Positions 40,185-50,300 of a stretch of 64,000 bases of DNA are shown one piece after another. Source of the DNA: Thermoanaerobaculia bacterium. GTDB taxonomy: Bacteria > Acidobacteriota > Thermoanaerobaculia > UBA5066. The DNA lies in NCBI GenBank assembly GCA_963816185.1, contig CAWFJJ010000029.1, positions 128,001 to 192,000 on the forward strand, read 5' to 3'. The notes below the pieces were generated by a model that was given only the letters and a program-made list of their open reading frames with translations, was not told the origin of the DNA and did no database searches. Position 1 is the first letter of the stretch, and each line of letters begins with the position of its first letter. Both the position numbers and the translations under genes were made by a program.

Positions 40185-41277
40185 TCAGTCCTCGGCGAGG
40201 AGGGGGAGTTGCGGGTCTGGCGGTGCTGCCGCCGCCATCTCTTCGGGCGTCATCAGGCCGTGGACGCCCACGCCGAGGAGGCGCACCGGGCGCGTAGCCG
40301 CTTCGGTCCGGGAGAGCAGCGCAAAGGCCCTCTCCGCGAGCTCGTCCGCGTCGCGCGTCGGCCGCCGGGTCTCGCTCCTCGTGACGGTCGTGAAGTCCCC
40401 GTAGCGCACCTTCAGGACGACCGTCCGCGCATAGAGGTCTCTCTTCGCGAGCCACGCCGCGTCGTGGCGCGCCATGGCTTCGACCTCTTCCCGCATCGTC
40501 TCGACGTCCGTCAGGTCCTCCGCGTAGGTGTCCTCCGTGCTGCAGGACTTCGCCTTCTGGTCCGGCACGACGCGCCGGTCGTCCTCGCCGTGCGCGAGGC
40601 GGACGAGCGAGTCGGCCCAGGTTCCGACGGCGTGTCTGAGCGCATCCACCGGAACGCGTCGCACGTCCACGAGGCGCGCGCACCCGAGCGCGAGGAGCTT
40701 TTCGGCCGTCTTCGGCCCGACGCCCCACAGAGCCTCGACGGGCAGCTTCTCGAGGAAGCGCTCGACGCGCTCCGGCGCGATCACCGTGAGGCCGTCGGGT
40801 TTCTTCCAGCCGGAGGCGATCTTCGCGAGGAACTTGTTCGGGGCGACGCCGGCCGAGACGGTGAGAGACGTGGCTTCGCGGATTCGTCTTGAGGCGCCGG
40901 GCCACGTCCACGCCGAGAGGCTCGTTCCATGCGTTCTCGGTCACGTCGAGATAAGCCTCGTCGAGGGAAAGCGGCTCGACGAGCGGCGTGACCGCCCGGT
41001 AGAGGTCGAAGATCTGCCGTGAGACGGCGGAATAGCGCCGGAAGTCGGGCCTGACGATCGCGAGCCTTGGGCAGAGGCGCACCGCGCGCGCCATGGGCAT
41101 TGCCGAGCGGACGCCGAACTTCCGGGCTTCGTAGCTCGCGGCCGCCACGACGCCGCGTCCTTTCGGGTCTCCACCGACGGCCACGGGCCTGCCGCGCAGC
41201 GAGGGGTCGTCCCGCTGTTCCACGGACGCGTAGAAGGCGTCCATGTCGAGGTGGAGGATGCGGCGGGGAGAGGCCAT
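40185..41277 (-). pseudogene. dinB: DNA polymerase IV, split by a frameshift near 40884-40887
   Basis: N-part [38 protein letters not shown]; C-part in another frame [33 protein letters not shown]. Confidence 0.85.
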
Positions 41278-41281
41278 GGGA

Positions 41282-41356
41282 CTACCGCGAGGAGACGACG
41301 TCCCGGGCCGAAGGTCGCTCGGCGACCTGGCGCGCCTCGTGCTCGCTGACGGCCAT
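41282..41356 (-). CDS. putative 24-aa upstream ORF ([24 protein letters not shown])
   Basis: ATG 6 nt downstream of a TAGAGT hexamer; stop 4 nt before the dinB ATG. Confidence 0.3.
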   Translation of the reverse strand: MAVSEHEARQVAERPSARDVVSSR

Positions 41357-41365
41357 GGCGGAACT

Positions 41366-42598
41366 CTACGCCGGCCGGCGGGACCTGCCGAGGAGCGCCG
41401 TGACGAGGATCGCGACGGCCAGGGAGGGGAGCGTTCCGCCCACGGGCGCGGCGAGGAGATACGCCGCAACGCCCGCGATCCACCCGCATACGCCGGCGAG
41501 AACGAAGCCGCCATGTCCCGCAGCGGGGGCGTAGAGGTCCGCGACCTCCGGCTTCCGCCTCAGGACGAAGAAGTGCGCGAGGAGGACGCCGCCCACCGGT
41601 ACGAGGAGGCCACCGAGGAGAAGCATGAAGTCCGCATAGCCTTTGAGCCAGCCGGGGAGGAGCGACAGCGCTGCCCCGATGAGGCCGATCGACCAGACGG
41701 AGGCGCGGTCGCGAGCCTTCGGGAAGAGGCTCTTCCATGCGAGGGCGGACATGTAGATGTTGACGAAGTTCGTCGTGAGCGTCGCGACGGCGAGAAGAAG
41801 AGCCCCCAGCCCTCCGAGGCCGACGGCGTCGAGCATGGCCCCCGGCTCTGCGGAGCCGGCGGCCCGCGCGCACGCGAGCCCGAGCGGCATGAACCAGAGG
41901 CTCGTGAGAGAGAGGCCGAGGAACACGGCCCCGGCGGCCTTCCGTGCCGAACGCGTGTAGCGGGGGTAGTCGCCGAACATGAGGAGCCACGAGACCTGGT
42001 AGCCCACGACGACATCGAACCCGCGCACGGCCGGCATCGAACCGTCTCCCGCCGCCGACAGGACACCGGCCGGCAGCGTGAGGCAGCGGGCCGTGAGAAT
42101 CCCGCCGACGACGAGAAGCAGGGGCACGGCGACACGGTCCGCGTGGCCGACGGCGCGCGGGCCGCCCGCGACGATCGCCGTCGCGAGAAGCCCCAGAGCA
42201 AACGCCCAGAGACGCTCCGAGGCCGGGCCGCCGAGGACGTGCGCGAGGGCCGACGCCGCGATCACGTTGTTCACGGCGATCCACGCGAAGTTCGTGACGT
42301 AGAGGATCGAAGACACGAGCGCGGCTCCGCGAAGGCCGAGCGCGGCACGGCAGGCGATGACGGACGGAACCCCGAGCCGCGGGCCCAGCGGCGCGAGCGC
42401 CGCCACGAGCGCCGAGCCGAGAACCGTCCCGCCCGCGACGAGGAGGAGCGCTTCCTTGAGGCCGAATGCGGGCACGAGGCTCGCGCCCGTCTGGAGCGTC
42501 GTCGCCACGATGTTCGCCCCCGCGAAGATGAGAAAGAGGTCGACGGAAGACTGGTTCTTCTCCGAGTCGGGGACCGGCCCGAGGTCGGCGGCCTGCAC
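41366..42598 (-). CDS. NCS1 family purine/cytosine/hydroxymethylpyrimidine permease
   Basis: About 12 TM helices; FAGANI, G.RLG.P....R...G..G, SW....GDY.RY, TTN..N.Y. Confidence 0.82.
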   Translation of the reverse strand: MQAADLGPVPDSEKNQSSVDLFLIFAGANIVATTLQTGASLVPAFGLKEALLLVAGGTVLGSALVAALAPLGPRLGVPSVIACRAALGLRGAALVSSILYVTNFAWIAVNNVIAASALAHVLGGPASERLWAFALGLLATAIVAGGPRAVGHADRVAVPLLLVVGGILTARCLTLPAGVLSAAGDGSMPAVRGFDVVVGYQVSWLLMFGDYPRYTRSARKAAGAVFLGLSLTSLWFMPLGLACARAAGSAEPGAMLDAVGLGGLGALLLAVATLTTNFVNIYMSALAWKSLFPKARDRASVWSIGLIGAALSLLPGWLKGYADFMLLLGGLLVPVGGVLLAHFFVLRRKPEVADLYAPAAGHGGFVLAGVCGWIAGVAAYLLAAPVGGTLPSLAVAILVTALLGRSRRPA

Positions 42599-42599
42599 G

Positions 42600-43247
42600 T
42601 CAGGCCGCGCGGATCGCGGGCACGTCCACGACGCGCACGCCGTTCGGCGGGTTCTCGACGGCGGCGACGAGAGCGCGCGTCATCTGCGCGCGCGTCACGA
42701 GGCCGAGCCGTCGGGCTCCATCGCGGGTGGCGGGGAGGGCTTTCGCAAGCGCGTAAAGCGGCAGAAGAAGGTACGGCCAGCGGTGAGAAGGGCCGAGGAC
42801 GTACCACGGGCGGAGGATCGTCGCGGGAAGACCCGTCTTGGCGAGGAGAGCCTCGCCTTCGGCGCGCGCCTCCCAGTACGCCTTCATCGCAGGAGCCGGA
42901 TGGGCCACGCTCAGGTAGACGAAGTGCGAGACGCCCGCGGGGACGGCCGTCTCGAGCGCCGCTTTCAGCGACGTGAGATCCACCTCGCGGAACTGGCGCG
43001 CCTTCTTCGGCGAGGGATGCGCGACGCCGACGAGGTGGACGAACGTGGATTCCTTCGGCACGTGCGCGCGGTACGTCGTGGCGTCGAGGGCATCGCCAAT
43101 CACGGCCGCGGCACCCTCCGGAACCCGCCTTTCCGAGCCGCGTCTTGCGAGGGCGAGGACGTGATGAGCGCGATCGAGAAGGCGCGGAATCAGCGCCCGG
43201 CCCAGGTAGCCCGTCGCGCCGGTCACGAAGACGGTCCTCGGAGTCAC
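42600..43247 (-). CDS. NAD(P)-binding atypical SDR / epimerase family protein
   Basis: VFVTGATGYLG, HLVG, FVYLS, Y...RA..E, LRPWYVLG; GTG start inferred. Confidence 0.8.
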   Translation of the reverse strand: MTPRTVFVTGATGYLGRALIPRLLDRAHHVLALARRGSERRVPEGAAAVIGDALDATTYRAHVPKESTFVHLVGVAHPSPKKARQFREVDLTSLKAALETAVPAGVSHFVYLSVAHPAPAMKAYWEARAEGEALLAKTGLPATILRPWYVLGPSHRWPYLLLPLYALAKALPATRDGARRLGLVTRAQMTRALVAAVENPPNGVRVVDVPAIRAA

Positions 43248-43359
43248 GAGACGGGAAATCGTATCGCGGCGGGCCGCCCCGACCTGGCCATTAGCGGGCG
43301 GCGTTTGTCCCGCAGAGTCGCTTTCATTCCGAACACGTTTCTCCATTGCGACGCGCTGC

Positions 43360-44385
43360 CTACCGTAAGGCGGGGGTGTGCGCATGATCCGCCGTCAGAA
43401 ACTCCACCGCGCGCTCCTCGCCCCAGAAGACGGGCTTCAGCCCGCGTGCGGCGATCCAGCCGGCGTGGCCGCCCTTCTCCGTGACGAGGAATTGCACGGC
43501 GGGGGAGGCCGCGCGTCGCGCCCGCTCGACCGTTTCGGCGGGCACGAACGGGTCGTCGAGCGCGGAGAGGCAGAGAGTCGGTACGACGATCGACGCGAGC
43601 AGCGGGAGGGAGCTCGAACGCGCGTAATAGTCGTCGGCATCGGCGAAGCCGTGGAGCGGAGCCGTGGCCGCGTCGTCGAACTCCCGGAACGTGAAGGCCC
43701 TTCGCGCGCGCGAAAGGTCGATGCGGGCGGCAGCCTCGGGGAATCGCCGTGCGAGGTTCGCGGCCTTCGCCGTCAGCGTCTTCACGAAAGCGCGCACGTA
43801 GAGATTCGACGGAAAGGACGCCATGTACCGGTCACCGGCTGCGAGGTCGAAGGGCACCGAGAGCGTCGCCGCGGCGGCCACGGTGGGATCGCCGGCGTTC
43901 TCGCCGAGCCACTTCAGGAGCACATTTCCGCCCAGCGAAACTCCCGCGACGAAGAGCGGCCGGCCGAGCCGCGCCGCGAGCGTCCGGGCGACGAAGTCGA
44001 AGTCGGACGTCTCGCCGGAGTGATAGAGGCGCGGCCGCTCGTTCGGGATGCAGCGGTGAAGGTCGAGCGGATCCCGGGCGCAGAACCGGAAGTTGAGGAC
44101 GGCGGCGCGAAAGCCGGCGCGAGCCGCGAGCGCCAGAATTCCCTGCGCGTAGACGGAATTCGAGCTGCCTTCGAGACCGTGCAGCACGAGGAGAAATGGC
44201 GCATCCTCTTTCGCGGGCGCGTCGAGGTAATCCACGAAAAGCGTGTCGCCGTCCGGAGCGGTGAGCGCTTCACGGCGCATCGCGACCTGCCTCCGCGAGC
44301 GCGCGAGGCGTCCCCACACCGTCTGCGCATGGCGGCCGCGCAACCAGCCTGCGGGTGCGAAGCCCGTTCGGACTTTCCCGTCCAT
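43360..44385 (-). CDS. YheT-family alpha/beta hydrolase
   Basis: HAQT, LHGLEGSS.S.Y, RLYHSG.T.D, GVSLGGN, FDD..TAPLHGF....DYY, DDPF, GGH. Confidence 0.88.
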   Translation of the reverse strand: MDGKVRTGFAPAGWLRGRHAQTVWGRLARSRRQVAMRREALTAPDGDTLFVDYLDAPAKEDAPFLLVLHGLEGSSNSVYAQGILALAARAGFRAAVLNFRFCARDPLDLHRCIPNERPRLYHSGETSDFDFVARTLAARLGRPLFVAGVSLGGNVLLKWLGENAGDPTVAAAATLSVPFDLAAGDRYMASFPSNLYVRAFVKTLTAKAANLARRFPEAAARIDLSRARRAFTFREFDDAATAPLHGFADADDYYARSSSLPLLASIVVPTLCLSALDDPFVPAETVERARRAASPAVQFLVTEKGGHAGWIAARGLKPVFWGEERAVEFLTADHAHTPALR

Positions 44386-44425
44386 TCCTTGTGGCTTCCG
44401 TCCCCTCGCGCGGCGCGTTCGTCCC
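44378..44425 (+). promoter_or_regulatory. phased direct repeats (C/T)CGTCC upstream of the LytS-type kinase, putative LytTR boxes
   Basis: ccgtcc at 44378, ccgtccc at 44398, tcgtccc at 44419 (periods 20 and 21 bp). Confidence 0.45.
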
Positions 44426-44641
44426 AACCGACGCCCGACACGCCTCTCGGCATTCTATTGTCGGACCCGGATGGCGAAAGCCGAATTCGACTTCGTTGCC
44501 GAGAGCGCTCGCGGCAACCCCATCCCCGGCCTGACCGTATTGAGCCCGATGGATCATGGCTTCATCCCGTTCGTGAGGGCCCTCATCCCAGGGCGGACCC
44601 CGCCCGGTGTCCGCGGGCCGAAGATCGGTGAAGAGCTCTCG

Positions 44642-45739
44642 GTGAAGACGTTCTGGAAGAGAACCTCGGCGAACGTCGCGGCCTGGACGGTGGCCGGGTT
44701 CTTCTTCGCGAGCCAGCTCTATTTTCTCTACCCGATCGCGTCCGGGCGCGAGATGTCGTTTACGCGCGCTCTGCTCATCAATCTGCCCTTCTACTATCTG
44801 TGGGCGCTCGTGACGCCCGCCATCCTCGGCCTCGCGCGGCGTTTTCCGATCGAGCGCACGGACTGGAAAAAGCCGCTCCTCATCCACCTCGCCGCGTCGA
44901 CGATCCTCTCGGCCGTGCAGCTTTTCCTCGCCGGCGCGATCCTGCACGTCCTCGGAAGCGCGACCCTGAATCGCGCCGACTCGTTCTGGACGACGCTCGC
45001 GCAATTCTTCCGTCTGAACTTTCACGCGAACGTCCTCACGTACTGGGCCCTCCTGGGTCTCGCCTGGGGAGCCGACACCTATGCGAAATTCCGCGACCGC
45101 GAGCTCACCGCGTCCCGGCTCCAGACTCAGCTCGCGCAGGCGGAGCTCTCGGCCCTCAAGATGCAGCTTCAGCCCCACTTCCTGTTCAACACGCTCAACG
45201 CCATCGCGGCGCTTCTGAAGACGAATCCCGACGCGGCCGAGGGCATGATCCTGCAGCTCTCGGACTTCCTCAGGATCACGCTGAACAACACGGGGCGGCC
45301 GGACGTCACGCTTCGCGAGGAGCTGGAGTTCCTGGAGCGCTACCTTGCGATCGAAAAAACGCGCTTCCAAGATCGCCTCTCCACGCGCTTCAGGATCCGT
45401 ACCGAGGTCCTCGACGCGCGCGTTCCGAACCTCCTTCTGCAGCCTCTCGTCGAGAACGCCATCCGGCATGGGATCGCTCGGGACCGCCGCGCGGGACGTG
45501 TCGAAGTGAGTGCGACGCACGAGAAGGGGCGCCTCCTGCTGCGCGTGACGGACGACGGGCCGGGAGCGCCGCCGGGCCGCGTGACGGAGGGAATCGGCCT
45601 CACGAACACGCGCGAGCGCCTGCGCCACCTCTACGGCGACGCGTGCTCCCTCGAATACGGAAACGTCCCGGGTGGAGGCTTTTGCGTTTCCCTGTCGCTG
45701 CCGCTCGTGTCCCCCGTAAGCGAGCCCTCGTCCCCGTGA
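44642..45739 (+). CDS. LytS/YehU-family sensor histidine kinase
   Basis: Four TM helices, then LKMQLQPHFLFNTLN, EELEFL..YL.IE..RF, LQPLVENAIRHG, DDGPG, GIGL.N; start uncertain (in-frame ATGs at 44471 and 44549). Confidence 0.9.
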   Translation: MKTFWKRTSANVAAWTVAGFFFASQLYFLYPIASGREMSFTRALLINLPFYYLWALVTPAILGLARRFPIERTDWKKPLLIHLAASTILSAVQLFLAGAILHVLGSATLNRADSFWTTLAQFFRLNFHANVLTYWALLGLAWGADTYAKFRDRELTASRLQTQLAQAELSALKMQLQPHFLFNTLNAIAALLKTNPDAAEGMILQLSDFLRITLNNTGRPDVTLREELEFLERYLAIEKTRFQDRLSTRFRIRTEVLDARVPNLLLQPLVENAIRHGIARDRRAGRVEVSATHEKGRLLLRVTDDGPGAPPGRVTEGIGLTNTRERLRHLYGDACSLEYGNVPGGGFCVSLSLPLVSPVSEPSSP

Positions 45740-45799
45740 TCCGGCCGGCGGTCCCGCGATGGGCGACGCGCGCGCTTCGCGGGCCGAGATTCTCGCGCG

Positions 45800-46411
45800 A
45801 TGGAAACGCGCCGAAGGCTTCGCCCACCTCTCGCGGTCGCGCTTCTCGCCGTCCTCGCCGCCGCAACTTCCGCGCCGGCCCTGAATCAGCCGCACGAGGA
45901 GATCGCGGGCGGGGACGGTCCCACCGCGCACGGGTCGCGAGCGCATCTTTTCGAGAGCACGCTTCGGCCGCGCGCGTACCGCCTTTGGGAAGAGTCGGGC
46001 TTCGGCGGAGTGGCCGTCGAGCGCGCGGCGTGGGTTCTTGCGTTAGATGCGGGCAACGTGCGCTGGCAGGCCTGGCCCGACGAGCAACTTTACCTTCGGG
46101 CTCACTGGAGGGGTCCGGTTCCGGCCGACGCGGTCGCGATTGTGCATACACACCCGGATGCCGGGAACCCGAGGCCTTCTCCCCAGGACATCGAGACCGC
46201 GCGCCGCATCGGCGTGCCCGTCTATGCCGTGTCCCGCGCCGGAATCTGGAAGGCGGAGCCAAATGGGCTGGTCCTCGCCGTGGACGACAAGCGCTGGTGG
46301 ATCGGCTGCCGTTCTGGAGCGTGCGGCGCGCCGGAGCGCGATCCGGAATTCCGGAGCGCCCGAAGGGTCTCCGATTCTCGAAACCTCGTCGCGGATTCCG
46401 CGTATCGCTGA
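45800..46411 (+). CDS. secreted protein with JAB/JAMM (Mov34/MPN+)-like metal-binding motif
   Basis: Signal peptide; upstream Glu (VERAAWV) and AIVHTHP...PSPQD; fills the gap between kinase and regulator. Confidence 0.62.
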   Translation: METRRRLRPPLAVALLAVLAAATSAPALNQPHEEIAGGDGPTAHGSRAHLFESTLRPRAYRLWEESGFGGVAVERAAWVLALDAGNVRWQAWPDEQLYLRAHWRGPVPADAVAIVHTHPDAGNPRPSPQDIETARRIGVPVYAVSRAGIWKAEPNGLVLAVDDKRWWIGCRSGACGAPERDPEFRSARRVSDSRNLVADSAYR

Positions 46412-46414
46412 GAC

Positions 46415-47194
46415 ATGAGCACGATCCGGACTCTTCTCGTGGACGACGAGCCCCTCGCGTGCGAGAGGCTCCGCGGCCTTCTGGCCGACGAGCCGGAGGT
46501 CGAGGTCGTCGGCGAATGCGGCGACGGCTGCCAGGCCGTTCTTGCAATCGAGGAGCTCAAACCCGACCTCGTCTTTCTCGACGTCCAGGTGCCGAACCTC
46601 GACGGGTTCCACATCCTCGAGAGCGTGGGCCAAGGTCGCATCCCGGCTGTCGTCTTCGTCACTGCATACGACCAGTACGCGCTGCGCGCGTTCGATGTGC
46701 GCGCCGTGGACTACGTCTTGAAGCCGTTCGGACGCGAGCGACTCCATAAGGCGCTCGAAAAAGCGCGCGCGCAGATCACGCGCGAGAAATCGAGCGACCT
46801 CTCGGGACAGCTCGTCGCGCTCCTCGAGGAGATGCGTCCCCCGCAGATGCGGTTTCTCAAGCGGATCATGATCAAGGAGAGCGGGCGGCTCTTCTTCCTG
46901 AGGACTGCGGACATCGATTGGGTCGAGGCGTCCGGAAACTACGTCCGGCTCCACGTCGGCGCCGAGTCGCATCTCCTGCGCGAGACGATGAACGGACTCG
47001 AAGGCCGCCTCGACCCGGAGCGGTTCCTGAGGATCCATCGCTCCACGATCGTGAACATCGAGCGCATCAAAGAGCTACAACCTTGGTTCCACGGGGACTA
47101 CATCGTGATCCTTCGAGACGACCGCCAGCTCACGATGAGCGCGAGCTACCGCGAGAAGCTCGACGAGCTGCGCGGCCGGACGCTCGCGTCCTGA
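46415..47194 (+). CDS. LytTR-family DNA-binding response regulator
   Basis: LVDDEPLA, LVFLD, FVTAYDQYA..AF...AVDY.LKP; LytTR domain IDWVEA.GNY, FLRIHRS.IVN. Confidence 0.95.
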   Translation: MSTIRTLLVDDEPLACERLRGLLADEPEVEVVGECGDGCQAVLAIEELKPDLVFLDVQVPNLDGFHILESVGQGRIPAVVFVTAYDQYALRAFDVRAVDYVLKPFGRERLHKALEKARAQITREKSSDLSGQLVALLEEMRPPQMRFLKRIMIKESGRLFFLRTADIDWVEASGNYVRLHVGAESHLLRETMNGLEGRLDPERFLRIHRSTIVNIERIKELQPWFHGDYIVILRDDRQLTMSASYREKLDELRGRTLAS

Positions 47195-47251
47195 CCCGGG
47201 GTCGGTCGGGCTGACGAGAACCCGTCCGGATTTCCGGAGCCGAAGGGATCT

Positions 47252-47299
47252 CCGTCCTCTGCGCGGGGCCCCCCGTCCCCGAAGGGCGAGCGCCCGTCA
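47252..47299 (+). promoter_or_regulatory. three CCGTC direct repeats with exact 21-bp period upstream of the TonB receptor, putative LytTR operator
   Basis: CCGTC at 47252, 47273 and 47294 (a fourth at 47222, 30 bp earlier). Confidence 0.55.
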
Positions 47300-47391
47300 C
47301 AACAGGCGTGTCCGCAAAAAGGACCGAACGCACTCTCACCCACACGATCCGGACCCAGAAGAGGTCTGGTCATCGTTGGAGGAGGAGTGCG

Positions 47392-50300
47392 ATGAGCCAT
47401 TCACGATGTCCTTTCCTCGTCTTACTCGTCATCGCGTTGTGTGCGGCGTCCGCGGCCGTCGCGCAAACGACCGGGGATCTCGACGGCACGGTCGCCGACC
47501 AGAACGGGGCGCCGCTGCCCGGCGTGTCGGTGGAGCTGCGCTCGCCGCAGCTCCAGGGCACGAGAACCGCCGTCACGAATGCCGCGGGCCGATACCGCTT
47601 CCCGGTCCTTTCCCCGGGGATCTATTCCGTCACGGCGCAGCTCTCGGGCTTCACGAAGGTGGAGCGCGCCGGCCTCAAGGTCTCCCTCGGCGCGACGACC
47701 ACGATTCCGATCACGATGGGCCTCTCCGTCAAGGAAGAGATCGTCGTGACGTCCGAGGCGCCGGCGGTCGACACGTCGAAGACGACGATCGGGACGACGG
47801 CGTCCCTCGACTCCATCCAACGGCTTCCGCTCGGACGGAACTTCGTGTCCATCGCGAGCACGGTCGCCGGAACGGGCACCGACGTGTCCGGGAACCTCAC
47901 GGTGTACGGGGCCACGGGCCTCGAGAACGCGTACATCATCGACGGTGTCAACACGACGGGCGTCAAGACGGGCACGCAGGCCAAGCAGCTCAACAACGAG
48001 TTCATCCAGGAGGTCGAGGTCAAGACGGGCGGCTACGAGGCCGAGTACGGCCGCGTCCTCGGCGGGACGATCAACGTCGTGACGAAATCCGGCGGGAATG
48101 AGTTCCGGGGCGACGGGTTCGGGTACTACGACTCCTCGTCGCTCGCGTCGAGCGACAAGCGAACCTCGGATCGCCAGACCGCGAACCAGGGCGAATTCTT
48201 CTCGCCAAAGCGCTTCGATGCCGGCGCGGACCTTGGCGGCTACTTCGTGAAGGACCGCGTGTGGTTCTTCGGGGCCTACGACCGCGTCAACCAGGATCAG
48301 AACTACACGCGCACGCTCGCGGTGCTCCGCGACGCGTCCCAGACGAAGCTCTCGACAGGGAGCACCGACGTCTACCGCAACAATCTCTACTCCGGCAAGC
48401 TGACGTTTCGCCTCGGAGATTCGAACACGATTGCGGCGTCCATCTTCGGGGATCCGGGCACGTTCAGCGGACGGTACGACCTCACGCAGATTCCGGTCAT
48501 GGTCGGCGCGGACGGCGCCTGGCTCGTAGACCGGAACGTGGGCGGATCCGACTTCTCGGGCCGCTGGGACGGCCTTCTCGGCACGCTGTTCCTCGGGCAG
48601 GCGCAGATCGGCTACCACACGGAGAAGCGGCAGGACTCGAGCCCGTTCTCGAGCCAGCCGTTCCTCGAGCAGCAGCAGGCCGGCTTCCCGCTCGAGGCGC
48701 TCCCGGGGTCCGGACCAATCTTTCTCGAGGACTCGAAATTCCAGCGCTACGTGTACAGGGCGGCCGGATCGCTGTTCCTGGGGGCGCACGAAATAAAGGC
48801 CGGCCTCGACTGGGAGCACCTGAACTCGGACTTTTCCGAATCGTATGGCGGCGAGGACCGGATCCGCACACGCTTGACGGCCTCGGGTGCGCTCAATAAC
48901 TACCAGCACCGCTACTTCGCCCAGACGCCGCTCGCCGGCGCGAACTGTCTCGGCCTCCTCGATCCGAGCGGACCCGCGGCGTTCCCGAACTGCACGGGCT
49001 ACGCGATCGCCCCATCCGTCGACAACAACCCGATCACCGACAACGTCGGCCTCTTCGCGCAAGATTCCTACAAGGTTCTCAAGAACCTCACGGTCAACGC
49101 CGGAGTCCGCTACGAGCAGCAGCGCCTGAAGGACTTCACGGGCGCGACGGTCGTGAAGATCGACAACGAGTGGTCGCCGCGCCTCGGCGTCGTGTGGGAC
49201 TTCGCCGGGAACGGGAGGTCGAAGGTCTTCGCGAACTACGGCCGTTTCTACGAGGTCATTCCGCAGGACATCCAGACCCGCGCGCTCGGGAACGAGTACA
49301 TCATCTTCGTCCGCAACTCCAGCCCGACGCCGAACCCGATCGACCAGTTTCTCGGCGGTCCCATCGTGCAGGGGGGCGAGCTCGTCCAGGACAACCTCAA
49401 GGGCATGTACCAGGACGAGCTCATCGGGGGCGTGGAGGTCGAGGTCGCGAAGAACTGGGCGATCGGCGTCAAGGGCATTTACCGGGCCCTCGGCCGCGTC
49501 GTCGAGGACCGCTGCGATCTCGCGGTGAACCCCGACATCGCGCAGTACTTCAACCCGTCGAGCCCCGCGACGTGCGCGCTCATCAATCCCGGCCAGGGAA
49601 ACTCGCTCGGAACGATCAAGGATCCGTTCGACACGACGTGCTACCCGAACGGCGAGACCGACGCGGCGGGGAACCTCGTGGCCGGAGCGCCGTGCGCCTC
49701 CACGCAGCCGCGACGCTATTTCCGAGGGCTGGAGGTGACGGCGACGCACCGCTTCTCGAACAGCTTTTACGCGCTCGCCTCGTACCTCTACTCGAAGCTC
49801 GAGGGGAACTACTCGGGCAACCTCTCGCAGACGCGCGAGGGGGGACAGCAGGATCCGAACATCAACGCCGACTTCGATTACCCAGGGTTGGTCACGAACG
49901 CCTTCGGCCGGCTGCGCAACGACCGCACGCATCAGGTCAAGGTTTCGGGTTACTACGCGTTCCCCTTCGGCCTCACGGTCGGCGCCAACGCCTTCTACAA
50001 CACGGGCCGCCCGTTCTCGATCCGAGGCTGCGCGTCGGACGCGATCGCCTGCGACGCCGGGTACAACCAGGAAGGCTATCTCGTGCCGCGCGGCTCGGCG
50101 GGCGATCTTCCCGCCGCCTACGAGGCCGACCTGCACCTCGAATACGGCATGCGTTTCGGCAACATTTCCATCACGCCGATCGTCGACGTTTTCAACCTGC
50201 TGAATCGGCAGGGCGTCCTCAGCCGCGACGAGCTCTTCAACAACACGGGCACGGTTGCCGGAAACGATCCCAAGAGCGGCATCGGTCAGCCCGGCTGTAC

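Noticed and set aside
41278-41365. LexA/SOS box upstream of dinB
   Set aside because: No CTGT-N8-ACAG, GAAC-N4-GTTC or GTTC-N7-GTTC pattern found by eye
43248-43359. TPP riboswitch upstream of the SDR-permease genes
   Set aside because: Core CUGAGA and ACCUG...GCGnAGG motifs are absent
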